From: Anaeramoeba ignava BMAN
Taxonomy: Eukaryota > Protista > Anaeramoebae
Reading direction: 5' to 3'
Length of the DNA: 64,000 nucleotides
NCBI GenBank assembly: GCA_028826165.1
Contig: JAPDFW010000081.1
Location: 434,001 to 498,000, forward strand
This document shows, piece after piece, positions 25,401-38,900 of the stretch. Position 1 is the stretch's first letter. Each line of letters opens with the position of its first letter. The translations under genes were made by a program, and so were the position numbers. The notes under the pieces were generated by a model. The model had not been told where the DNA came from, ran no database searches, and saw only the letters and a list, made by a program, of their open reading frames with translations.

Positions 25401-26861
25401 GATTTGAATTTGCAAGTTTTTCAAAAAATTTTTTTTTATCATTTAAAGAATCTCCTTCAGATTGATTGATAGGATTTGGAATAATTGTTGGTTGGACTGC
25501 ATTAAAATTGGCTGGACTTACAAATCTAGGAGATGCAGGTGATTTTGGTTCTAAGAAATTTTCGGAAGATAATTGAATTTTAGGAGTTTTTTGAATTGTT
25601 AATTCTTTTTTAGTTTTTGTTGTCTTTTCTTTTGAATGTTTATCTTTTGAATCTTTTGAATGTTTATCTTTTGAATCTTTATCTTTTAAATCTTTATCTT
25701 TTAAATCTTTTGAATCTTTTGAATCTTTTAAATCTTTATCTTTTAAATGTTTATCTTTTAAATCTTTTAAATCTTTTGAATCTTTTTCTTTTGAATTTTT
25801 TGAATCTTTATCTTTTGAATCTTTTGAATGTTTATGTTTTAAATCTTTATGTTTTAAATGTTTATCTTTTAAATCTTTTGAATCTTTTGAATCTTTATCT
25901 TTTGAATCTTTTGAATCTTTTAAATCTTTTAAATCTTTTGAATCTTTATCTTTTAAATGTTTATCTTTTAAATCTTTTGAATCTTTTGAATCTTTATCTT
26001 TTGAATCTTTTGAATCTTTATCTTTTGAATCTTTTGAATCTTTATCTTTTGAATCTTTTAAATGTTTTGAATCTTTATCTTTTAAATGTTTATCTTTTGA
26101 ATCTTTATCTTTTAAATGTTTATCTTTTGAATCTTTTAAATCTTTATCTTTTGAATCTTTTGAATCTTTTGAATCTTTATCTTTTAAATCTTTTGAATCT
26201 TTATCTTTTAAATCTTTTGAATTTTTTGAATCTTTATCTTTTAAATCTTTTGAATCTTTTAAATCTTTTGAATCTTTTAAATCTTTAGAATCTTTATCTT
26301 TTGAATCTTTATCTTTTAAATCTTTTGAATCTTTATCTTTTGAATCTTTATGTTTTAAATCTTTTGAATCTTTTAAATCTTTTGAATCTTTATGTTTTAA
26401 ATCTTTTTCTTTCGAATTTAAAATTTTTCTTTGAAAACGGGGTATTCTTTGGGGATAATTTATTTTTGATGTTGTTGATGATTGTTTTACTTTTGGTCTA
26501 GGATGACTTTTTTGGAAAGAAGAATAATTTCCTGTTAAATTTTAAAAGTGAATTTTTTTTTAAAAAGTGAATTTTTCTTTTTTAAAAAGGTAAATTTACC
26601 TTTTGAAAGAAATGTTTGTTTATAATGTGCTTCACAATAAAAGTGTTGGTCAATAGAACGATAAGTTCCTGTTGTTAATCTAGTTCTACAAACTTGACAT
26701 CTTTTAAAAGTTTTTATTTGAAAAAAAAATTTAAGAACAAAATATAAAAAAAGGAAAATTTTTTTTTACTTAAAACATTTTTTATGAAGAATTAATTTTT
26801 CAACAACAAGTCTGTCAACAACATAAACTCTTTTTTGACAAATTGCACAAGTTTCAGTCAT
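22450..26861 (-). CDS. N-terminal LIM-domain protein (EPLIN/XIRP/MICAL-type LIM) with long tandem-repeat and coiled-coil body, 3 exons, 1,424 aa
   Basis: Exons 26861-26770, 26700-26600, 26531-22450. CAICQKRVY..LHKKCFKCQVCRTRL..YCEAHYKQTFLSKGNY; exon 3 is in frame with the 22450-24324 ORF. Confidence 0.85.
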
Positions 26862-26934
26862 TTATTCTCTTTTTATTTATTTTTTTTGCTCTTTTAATTT
26901 TTGGATTTTTGGATTTAATAAAAAAAAAAAAGAA

Positions 26935-26968
26935 GAAAAAATGAATTTTTTTTTTTTCATTTTTTTCT
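26935..26968. promoter_or_regulatory. Putative bidirectional core promoter with opposed TCATTTT motifs between the LIM and VPS13 genes
   Basis: AAAAAATGAA-T-run-TTCATTTTTT inverted arrangement in a 132-bp ATG-to-ATG gap. Confidence 0.5.
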
Positions 26969-26993
26969 TTTTTTTAAAAACAAAAAATATAAA

Positions 26994-29900
26994 ATGTCTA
27001 TTCTTAATCCTAGTTCATTTGTTTCATCTCTTGTAAAAAAATATTTACACAAATATTTTAAAAATTTAAAAGATCCTGATCTCAAATTATCACTTTGGGG
27101 TAAAACAAATTTAACTCAAATCCTAATAAAACTACATCAAATCAAACAATACATTAAATTATAAATAAAATTATAAATAAAATTATAAATAAAATTATAA
27201 ATAAAATTATAAATAAAATTATAAATAAAATTATAAATAAAATTATAAATAAAATTATAAATAAAATTATAAATTAAATTATAAATAAAATTATAAAATA
27301 AATTTATAAATAAAATTGTTATAAATTTTATAAATAAAATTTTACAAATAAAATTATAAATTATAAAATTATAAAATTAAATTATAAATTAAATTATAAA
27401 TATAAATTATAAAATAAAATTATAAATAAAATTATAAATAAAATTATAAAATAAAATTATAAATAAAAATAAATAACTATAAATTAAAATAAATTAAAAA
27501 TATAAAAATAAAATTATAAATAAAATTATAAATTAAATAAAATTATAAATAAAATTATAAATAAAATTATAAATAAAAAAATTATAAAAATTATAAAAAT
27601 TTAAAAATAAATAAAATTATAAATAAAATTATAAATAAAATTATAAATAAAATTTATAAAATTAAATTATAAATAAAAAATTATAAATTAAAATAAAATT
27701 ATAAATAAAATTATAAATAAATAAAAAAATTATAAATAAATAAAAATTATAAATAAAATTATAAAAAATTATAAAAAAATATAAATAAAATTATAAATAA
27801 AATATAAAATTATAAATAAAATTATAAATAAAAATTATAAATAAAAAAATATAAATAAAATTTAAATATATAAAATAAAAATATAAAAAAAATTAAATTT
27901 AAATAAATAAAAATTAAATAAATAAAATTATAAATATAAAAAATTATAAATAAAATTATAAATAAAATTATAAATAAAATTATAAATAAAATTATAAATA
28001 AAATTATAAAATAAAATTATAAATAAAATTATAAATAAAATAAAATTATAAATAAAATTATAAATAAAATTATAAATTAAATTATAAATAAAATTATAAA
28101 TTAAAATTATATAAATAAAATTATAAATAAAATTATAAATAAAATTATAAATAAAAATTATAAATAAAAATTATAAATTAAATAAAAATAAAATTATAAA
28201 TTATAAATAAAATTAAATTAAATAAATTAAATTATAAAATAAAATTATAAATATAAATAAAATTATAAATAAAATTATAAATAAAATTAAATTATAAATT
28301 AAAATTATAAATAAAATTATAAATAAAATTATAAAAAATTATAAATAAAATTATAAATAAAATTATAAATAAAATTAAATAAAAATAAAAAATTATAAAT
28401 AAAATTATAAATTAAAATTATAAATATAAAAATTATAAATAAAATATAAAATTATAATTATAAATAAAATTATAAATTAAATATAAATAAATAAATTATA
28501 AATTAAATTATAAATTAAAATTATAAATATAAAAATAAAATTATAAATAAAATTATAAATAAAATAAATAAAATTATATAAATTAAATTATAAATAAAAT
28601 TATAAATAAAATTATAAATAAAATTATAAATAAAAATTATAAATAAAATTATAACAAAAATAAAATAAAATTATAAATAAAATTATAAATAAAATTATAT
28701 AAAATAAAAATATATAAATTATAAATAAATATAAATAAAAATAAATTAAATTATAAATAAAATTATAAATTAAAATTATAAATAAATTATAAATTAAAAT
28801 TATAAATTAAATTATATAAATTATAAATTATAAATAAAAATTAAATAATAAATAAAAAAAAATTATAAATAAAATTATAAATAAAATTATAAAATAAAAT
28901 TAAAATAAAATTATAAATTAAAATTATAAATAAATATAAATAAATAAAAATTATAAATTAAATCAAAATAAATAAAATTATAAATAAAATTATAAAAAAA
29001 TTATAAATTAAAATTATAAAATTATAAATTAAATAAATTATAAAAATAATAAAAATATAAATAAAAATTAAATTATAAATTAAATTAAAATTATAAATAA
29101 AAATTAAATTAAATAAAAATAAAATTATAAATAAAATTATAAATTAAATTATAAATAAAATTATAAATAAAATTATAAATAAAATTATAAATTAAAATAA
29201 TATAATAAAATTATAAATAAAATTATAAATTAAATATAAAATAAATAAATAAAATTATAAAAATAAATAAAATTATAAAATAAAAATATAAATAAAATTA
29301 TAAAAAAATTATAAACAAAATTATAAATAAAATTATAAATAAAATAAAATTATAAATAAAATAAAAATTAAATATAAATTATAAATAAAAAATAAATAAA
29401 ATTAAATTAATTATAAATTAAATTATAAATAAAATTATAAATAAAATAAAACAAAATTATAAATAAAATTATAAATTAAATTTAAATAAATTAAATTATA
29501 AATAAAAATTAAAATAAATAAAATTATAAATAATAAATTAAATAAAATAAAATTATAAAATAAAAATATAAATTAATAAATTAAATTAAAATTATAAATA
29601 AAATTATAAATAAAAAAAATAAAATTAAAATATAAATAAAATTATAAATAAAAAAAATAAAATTATAAATAAAAATAAATAATTAAAAATAAAATTATAA
29701 ATAAAAATAAATAAAAATAAATTAAAAATAAAATATAAATTATAAATAAAATTATAAATAAAATTATAAATAAAATTATAAAATTAAATTATAAATAAAA
29801 TAAATAAAATTATAAATAAAATTATAAATAAAATTATAAATTAAAATATAAATAAAATTATAAATAAAATAAATAAAAAATAAATAAAATTATAAATTAA

Positions 29901-32900
29901 ATTAAAATTATAAATAAAAATAAAAAATTAAATAATTAAAAAAATATAAATAAAATAAAATTATAAATAAATTAAAATAAAATTATAAATAAAATTATAA
30001 ATAAAATTATAAATAAAATTATAAATTAAAATAAATAAAATTATAAATAAAATTATAAATAAATTATAAATAAAATATAAATAAAATTATAAATAAAATT
30101 ATAAAAAATAAAATAAATAAAATTATAAATAAAATTATAAATAAAATTATAAATAAAATTAAATTATAAAAAATAAAAATTATAAATAAAATTATAAATA
30201 AAATTATAAATAAAATTATAAAATAAAATTATAAATAAAATTATAAATAAAATTATATAAATTATAAATAAAAATTAAATTATAAATAAAAATAAAATAA
30301 AATTATAAATAAAAATAAATTAAATTATAAATAAATTATAAATTAAAATTATAAATTAAATTAAAATAAATAAATTATAAATTATAAATAAAATTATAAA
30401 TAAAATAAAATTATAAATTAAATTATAAATAAAATTTAAAATTAAAATTATAAATAAAATTATAAATAAAATTATAAATTAAATTATAAATAAAATTATA
30501 AATAAAATTATAAATAAAATTATAAATTAAATTATAAATAAAATTATAAATAAAATTATAAATTAAATTATAAATAAAATTATAAATTAAATTATAAATA
30601 AAATTATAAATTAAATTATAAATAAAATAAATAAAATTAAAATAAAAAATAAAAATAATAAAATAAATAATAAAATCAAAGACGGAGATCTGCATTTGAA
30701 AAATCTAGAAGTGAATGAAGAAACAATACAAAGCGAATTACAAATGCCTTTCCAAATCAAAGAAGGAATAATAGAATCATTTCAATTACACATTCCATGG
30801 AAAAGAATAACATCACAACCAATATTTGCAAAATTAGAAGGGTTTCGGTTAGTAATAGATTTAGAAAACCCAGTAAAAATCAAGAAGAAAAAAGAAGTGA
30901 TGAAAAACGTAGTTGTTTCTGAATCGGAAACAAAAGAAAAAGGCTGGGGATTTAATTTTGCAGCAAAAATTGCAAATAATACACAATTTAGTTTAAAAAA
31001 TCTACAAATTGATATACTGTTTCGAGGATATATACTCACTTTAATTTGCAAATCAATGAAATATCGTGCTGTAGACAAACAATGGAAGCCTTCTTATGTG
31101 GATTTCGAAGGAGACTCCAACCTCATTCGAAATATGGGACAAATTGAAGAACTTTCCATTTTTTGGATCAAAAAAAATCAAATTGAAAAATCACAACCAA
31201 ATTTTATTCTTCACAAAACAGAAGGTGTTATAAGGCTTTTCCAGCACATTAACAAACTAAAAGTTCCTGAGAATGATGTTGGAATTTCTATCCAAATCGC
31301 ATTCTTATCACCAATTAAGCTTGTTCTTGATTATGACTCTGTTGTTTTTCTTGCTCAAATTGCAGATTTTCTATTTTCTCAATTTCTCGAACAAGAAAAT
31401 TCTGACGAAAAAGACTTGCTTGAAAACTCTATGACAAATAATGAATCTGAGGACATTTTATCGCCACAGGTTCTCAAATCATCACAAAAGAAAAACGATG
31501 ATTCTGATGATTTTTTCAGTGATTCCGAAGACGAAACAAGCACAAACCAAGAAAAATCCGACGCAGAATTTTTGTCAATGGGATCGGATAACGATGATAC
31601 TGAATACTTTGCCTTCGAGGAAACTAAACAACCGAACGAAAACATTGCCTTTCGTCTTCTCATTACAGAAATGGATTTCCAAATAATGAAGACAGATAGT
31701 CAACAAGATGCACTTTTGCATTTCATTGTATCTAATTTTTTGTTAAGTACAGGCAAAATTGGTGAAAAGAATTTTACTCATTTAGCATGCCAAAGAATAT
31801 CTATTCAGAACCCTCTATTCGGATATATTATGATTTGTGGAGATTTGGAACCTCCCAAAATGGATCCTTCAGCAATCTTTTTTGAAGGCTCGCTTTTTGA
31901 AAAAATAGAAAATCCCTGTTTATATCGTGAGAACTCAGAAAAATGGAGGCAATCCTTTCATGCAATATTTCTAGAAAACCTCAAAGTAATCGAGGATATC
32001 AAAATCAACGGCAAAATTGGAAACATCTCGTTTTTGTTTGTTTATCCAATTCTGGAAGAGATTTTCAACATTGTTTCCGTTATTCCGTTGCAAAAAATCC
32101 CGAAATCACAAAGCAGACAGATAATCAACAAAGATGACCAATTAAAACGCAAAAACAGCAGCATATCAAATCCTCAGTATATTATCGATCAATGGGTTCA
32201 GAAACCTCTCAAACAAATCAACATTTCATTTTCCCAAATCAACATTGTTTTCCCAGAAATTTCTCCAAAAAAAAGCGATGTTTCCATATTTTGTGCCGTT
32301 ATTTTATCCGTCGGCAAAATTGAACTTTCCAATCGCGAACAATTCCAAATTCTTCATAATGTTTTTCTTTCCAAAAATTCTTCTCCTCAAGAAATTGTAT
32401 TTTCAGCAATTTCCAAGACAAAGAACAAATTAATCAACAAAATGAAATTCAACGAAAAACCTCCCGAATCAAGATTTCTTTTCGACACAATTAAATGCAC
32501 TGTTTCGGATGTTTGTTTGTCACGATCTCTTATTTCCAGTGACGGATCACTTTTCAATCACATACACGATGGACAGGTTGATTTCCAAGATAATTTCCTC
32601 ATAAACCCCTTTACAATCTCTTTTCTCATCCAAAATCGCGTCAAGGAGTTTATTGATCGCGATCTTCTTCATACAAAAAAATCCCTTTCGCAAAAAAAAT
32701 CCATTGCACAAAATCATCATTCTCAAGAAATCACACTCCAGAAATTCCGTTTGGAAATCCCACAAATACAATCCCAAATTAATATCGATGATATCCTTGT
32801 TTTGATGGATATTATTCTCAGCCAATTATGGAGTTCATCATTGATCCAATCGCGGATTAGCACTGAATCTCTCGATTCAAAATTTGACATCAAATCATTT

Positions 32901-35900
32901 CGTGAATCGCTCAAAATTTTATCCAAAATCAATCTTCCAAGATCACAAATCAAAATTAACATTGATTCCATCTTCTTCAAATTATCAACATGCACAAGGA
33001 ATGTCTTTAAGATTTGGGGTTCTTTGAAGAGCATTGGAATCAAATTTGCAAAACAATTTATTGACGGAGGTGTTGATGAACAAATAATATTGTCCACTTC
33101 GTTAACAAAGAATATTTCCCAGAACCAACCCATTAATTTCTTCAGAGCATGCGTCAAATACCCGCATTTTTTCAATATATTTCTTGGTTCTTTCACGTTC
33201 TGTTTCGATGATTTCCTGATTCTTTTATTTTCTTCTTTTTCTTCCTTCCTTTTTAATTCAATATCATCCACTTTATCCTCTCCCCAAAAACCCAAAACTC
33301 ACCAATTAATCACTAAAACAACATCAACGCAGTTTGACAATGAGAATCCTCTTTTTAAATTTCTTTCTGGGGATCCTCATTTCGATATCCAAATAAATCC
33401 ATCGCTTATTTCTGTTTCAAACAATACTTTTTTACAAAATGACACTCTTCAGTTTTTCTTGCGTCTCCCAGAAATCCAAATCAAAAATAAAGATCTTCTC
33501 CATTTTTACTTGAAAATGGACAATTTGTCTTTCTCTTTATATCACTCCAAAATACTCCAAAAAGAAACACCATTGAAAATACATTTTTTGGAAAACAATT
33601 TATACAATTCTCATAAAATTATTGAAAATTTCTCTTTTTCACTTGATTTTTCTCACAATATAAAAGATCATTCAATTTCCATTTCTACCAAATTTGATCC
33701 TTTGAAGGTATCAATAGAAGATGATCAAGTTCTTCTTATTCTTGATTTGATTAAATGAATTGCAAAAAAATATGAGAACAAAACTTGATAATGTTGTTTT
33801 GAAACCTGAAATTGAACCACAAATTTCGCTAAAAATATCAGATTCAAATAATTATCTTTTAAATCAAAATTTGATCACAAAATTTCAGATCCATTTGGAA
33901 CTTCTATTCGCAAAACTCTCTCTTTCTTTTCAATTCAAATTTGGCAACTCAAAACATTCTTTCCTTTTTGACTTGAGTGATATTTCATCATCTCTTTTTG
34001 CAGATATTATAAACAATCAAGAAATTGAGAAAATGAGAGAATTTGCACTCAAATTAGGAAGTATTTCTCTCGATTATTTCCCGGAATCATTTTCCAAAAG
34101 TGATACAAATCAAATTCCATCTCGTTCAGTTGGTAGAAATATTTTTCAATTCCCAATAAAAGAACTTGCAAATGAATCAATACCGTTTTTAGACTTGCAA
34201 TATTCTACTCAAAAAGAGCATTCTTTTTCAACCAAAATTTCTTCCTCAAATTTAATACTTGATTTCCATGTTTTCAAGTTGTTTTCAACTTTTCTTTCTT
34301 CCACAATTCTCAAAAAATTATCACAATTTTTCCCTTCAACACCAAGAAAAACTTCACACGAATCAAAGCAAATACAACAGGAGCAAATTACAAGTTTGGA
34401 TTCCGAAACCATTGATAACAGCCTATTTCTTCAGCAAGATGATATGCAAATAAATATTTTCCAGAAATTATTTGATATTCCCAAAATTGATGTGAAAATA
34501 TCGCATTTCAAAATATTTATTGAATCAGAATCTCCTTGAATCATCAAGTTTTTTGATCGTATTGCCTTTAATTAATATCAAAAATCAACAAGAAATTTCA
34601 AATGGGGAAAGTGTTTCAGGATATAATTTAAATTTAGATCTATCTGGGATGAGCTTAAAAACACTTGCAAACACAGATTTGAATCTACAAGATTCAATCC
34701 AAAAAGATGATATTTTCCATGATCTGATTAATCTATCCAATCTCACAGTTTTGATGGATATTAACAATGAGAATTTGGCTTCGCGAATTGAAGCCCAATT
34801 AATAATCAGTGAGCCGATTAAATTTAATTTTTATTTTGATGATTTAAACACCATTTTCTCTTTTATTAAAGAAGTAGAAGAAATTTCCAATATTCTTGGG
34901 AAACAATTTCCAAGCACCCCAAAAACAGATGCTAAAATTGAAAAGGATATCAGAATTGAAACGAAACCGCTATATTTTTTCTCATACATTTCTTTCTGGA
35001 TTTCTCAAATACCATTATTAATTATAGCAGAAATCGATACAAATACTTCATTTATTCTCAACTTCAAATTAAATAATATCAAATTGATTGATTCTATAGC
35101 TTATTCAGGCACTAAAATTTATGAAGAAATTTCAGTTTTTTGGCAATCTTTCAAAGTTAAACATTATTTATATCAAAATGAACAAGAAAAAAAATATCAA
35201 GTCAATGAGTTAATTTCTTCTCAACAATCGGAAAAACAACAAAATCAAAGCATTTCAGATCCCTTCTTAGTTTATCTTCTCAAAAAATCTTCAATTCTTG
35301 TCACTTCATTCTATGGAACAGAATCATCACAAAACAAATTATCAACAATATCTTTGCAAAAACCAATTAATACTTGCAACATTCAACCAATCCAAATTTC
35401 ATTAAATTTGGAGTATTTAGATAATTTATTACAAAACTTTGGAATTATAGAAAAAATTGGAAAAATAACTTCTTTATTAGCAAATTCATCAAAAAACAAA
35501 ATCAAACCAAAAACCAAAAACCAAAAACCAACATATAACGAAGATTCTCCTCCGCAATTCCATCTTCAAACAAATGGATTGCAAATTCGAGTATTATTAT
35601 CAGAAGCACAAAATTCAGAACAGTTAATTTTCCAAATTGGAGGATTCAACATCTCTTTAGAAGAACTTAATAATTTCTCAGAAAAACAAAAATTTATCGA
35701 TGAATTCCAGAATCTTTACAAAATACATGCTGATATAAACAATCTTTCCATTTTCTTGCAAAAGAAAGAAGATATTGAAATTTTGCAACCATTTCATTTT
35801 GTGTTGGAAATGATCCAAAAAAATAATCCAGTAATCCAATTAATACAACATGATATACATTTTTCAAACGTCTCACATTTAAATGCGTTTTTTGGACCAG

Positions 35901-38900
35901 ACTTGATTGAGTATTTGAATAAAATTTCAATTTTTTTAGAGAGAGCCACAAATTCAATTTCTCAATTAAAACTAAATGAACAAACCAACGAGGAGGAAAA
36001 CAATGAAGATGAAAATCAAATTGTTGAAAAGAAATTTATTCATGAAACAACTAATGATTTTGTAGAACAGAGCAAAAAATACGTTTTTCAATTTATTGAA
36101 AATAATGAAATCGAAAAAGCAAAAGATCCAAATCCACATGAAATTATTATACGTAAAATTAGCAGAGAACAATACCAAATAATATGGGCATATAAAATTG
36201 AAAGGGTTATCAAAACAGTGCAAATATTACCTATAAAAATTCCTTCAATTATCGCAGGAATTGAATGCACTCTTAAATATTGGGATTTTATTGAGCAAAA
36301 ATATGTTGAAATCTCACACTTTTATCTTGATATTTCCGAAGAGCAATTCCTCAAAATCAATACAATTTTATCAAGTTCTAAATGGATGATTTCCATAAGA
36401 TTCATCACAATTCCAACAAAAGATATTGAAAATGAAACTGCATTTGATTCTTTTGTGAATCAATTTATCCAGATGCTACCAAGTATTTTTAAGATTTGTT
36501 CAACGGTAGATCTAAATAAAATGCCAGTTACTTTAATTGAAGGGAATATTTCGTGTATTAAAATTGGATTAACAGCAAAAAATGAATATGGAATTTTGGA
36601 TAATTGGATTGTTTTGAACACAAGAAATACTGATTTTCACATGGAATTTTGTGGAGAAGAAAAGTTCTGGATTATAGCGAATTTACCTCTTCGTGTAATG
36701 TATCAAGAGCCTCAAGATTTAACTTTCCAAAACTTGATTCAACCTTTTAAACTTAATCTCAAATTTTTCAAGAACGAAGTAAAAAATTACAATCATACAA
36801 ATTTCCTCGAAAAGAAAGAAAGCAAATTATCATTCCAAACAAAAAGACACACAAAAGAAATTAAAAACCGGATCAAAATGGGTACTTATATTTGGGTTGA
36901 TTTGGAGAAGAAAATTGAGATTTTGCTTGAAAAGGAATTTGTTCTTTTAGCACAAAAAATCATTCCGCAATATCTTAATCAAAACCAGTATTCTAACAAA
37001 TCCCAAATAGAAGAAATTGGTTATGCCAAAGAATATTTATATCCTCAAGAATCAGAATCTTTGACATTGTTTTCAAATTTTTTAATAATCAACACAACTG
37101 TAATTAATTTGGAATTTGGGCAATATAAAACACAAGAGAAAATCAAAGTTGAGAAATTATCAAGTATTGGATATTCGTGGAGAGTTTCATGGAACGGAGA
37201 TCATCCGCATCTGCTTGTTTTTCGGGAATTTAACAATTTATCAAACGAAGATGATTCGGAAAGTAATTTGTGGTGTTCTCCAATCAATATTAATAATTCT
37301 GGTGTTTATCCAATAATAATCAAATCAGCAAATTCTAATTATGGAAACCAAGATGACGATAAAAGTAAACAAGGCAAATTTCGTTTGTGGGCTAAAATTA
37401 AACCTAATTATGATGGGAAAATAATTACGATTTTTGCAGATTTTAATGTTCATAATTATTTATCTGTTCCAATTAAATTAAAATTTTTGGATTTTGAAGA
37501 AACTGCAAAGCCTCAATCTTTGCCAAATTTGAATTTAAAAAGAAATGAATCTATATTAAAAAAGGATGAAAAATTGAAAATGGTTAAACAAGAAGAACTA
37601 ACAGAAGAAGTTGTGTTTCCAAGTGAAAAGCCAGCAGTTAGTTTTATCATTCCAGCATCAAAATTAGAGGAATTATATCAAAAACAACCCAATTTCGAAG
37701 TTCTTGTATCAATTTGCACTGGAAATGTAGAAAATAAATGGATGAAAATACCACTTTTTGAAAAAGAAAAAAATAAATTATACAATCAATCAACTCAAGG
37801 AATATCGTTTGATTTCGGAGAAAAAAGATTTGATTGTTGGTGCCAAATTGAAAATATTGGTGATGGAGATTTCCTACAGCTTCGATTTTACCCAATTTTG
37901 ATATTATGTAATTGGACACCGTATTTGATTGATTTCCAATATTATTTACAGCATTTAATGAAAAACCAAGAACAAGATTTAAATGAAAAATCGGAAAAGA
38001 AATTCAATGATTTTAATGAGAAAGAAAATCCAATTTATTCGCTCAAACCAAATAATGCGAATCCAATAATCTGTTCTGAAAGTCCTAATGTCAACATTTT
38101 AGAAAAATTATCGAATGAAGTCTCTTTAAATGAAAATTTCGACATGAATTCAATAAATGCTTTCATTAGATTCAAATTGAATAAATCAAATCAATGGTCA
38201 AAAAACATGAGGAATATCATTTCTCAAGCAATGAAAAACGAAACAGAACAAGATTTGATTGGATATTTTACTCTTCTTTATTTAAATGAAAATGAAAATG
38301 AAAATGAAAATGAAAATGAAAAAAATTTAGAAAAAGGATTACGAGTCATTTCTGTAATCAAAAAACCTCTCAATTTCCCAACATTATTCGTAACACTTTA
38401 CACAGGATTTATTCATATCAACAAAACACCATTTGATTTATTAATTAAAATGAACCAATTTCCAGACAAACAAGAAGAAATTGAGGTTTTAAAAGAAGGC
38501 AAAATTTCACACAACTGGTTTCCAATAATTGATGATATAAATTTAATTCATTCGACACAATTCAAGATTGGGTTACGTTTTGGTGAATCACGCGTTTCTT
38601 ATTCAAATTCATTTTTCATTTCAACAAATAATTTCAACACAACAATTCCGATTGTTATTCCAAATATAGAGCCAGAATCTCATTCAACATTGCATTTTTG
38701 TGTGAAAATTTCAAGTAAAAAAACACCATATCTTACATTTAAAATCATACCGAGATTTATTATTGCAAACAAACTAACAAACACTGGCTCGTTGTTTATT
38801 CGACAGAAATTCAAGGAATTAAAAACACAAAGAGTGATGATAAGCAAGAAATGGAACGAACTAAAAACCAATCAAGAAATGAATTTTTTCCAATGGGTAT

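Noticed and set aside
23147-26501. Plus-strand ORFs (411, 174, 223 and 66 aa) overlapping the LIM gene
   Set aside because: Antisense shadows of in-frame coding repeats
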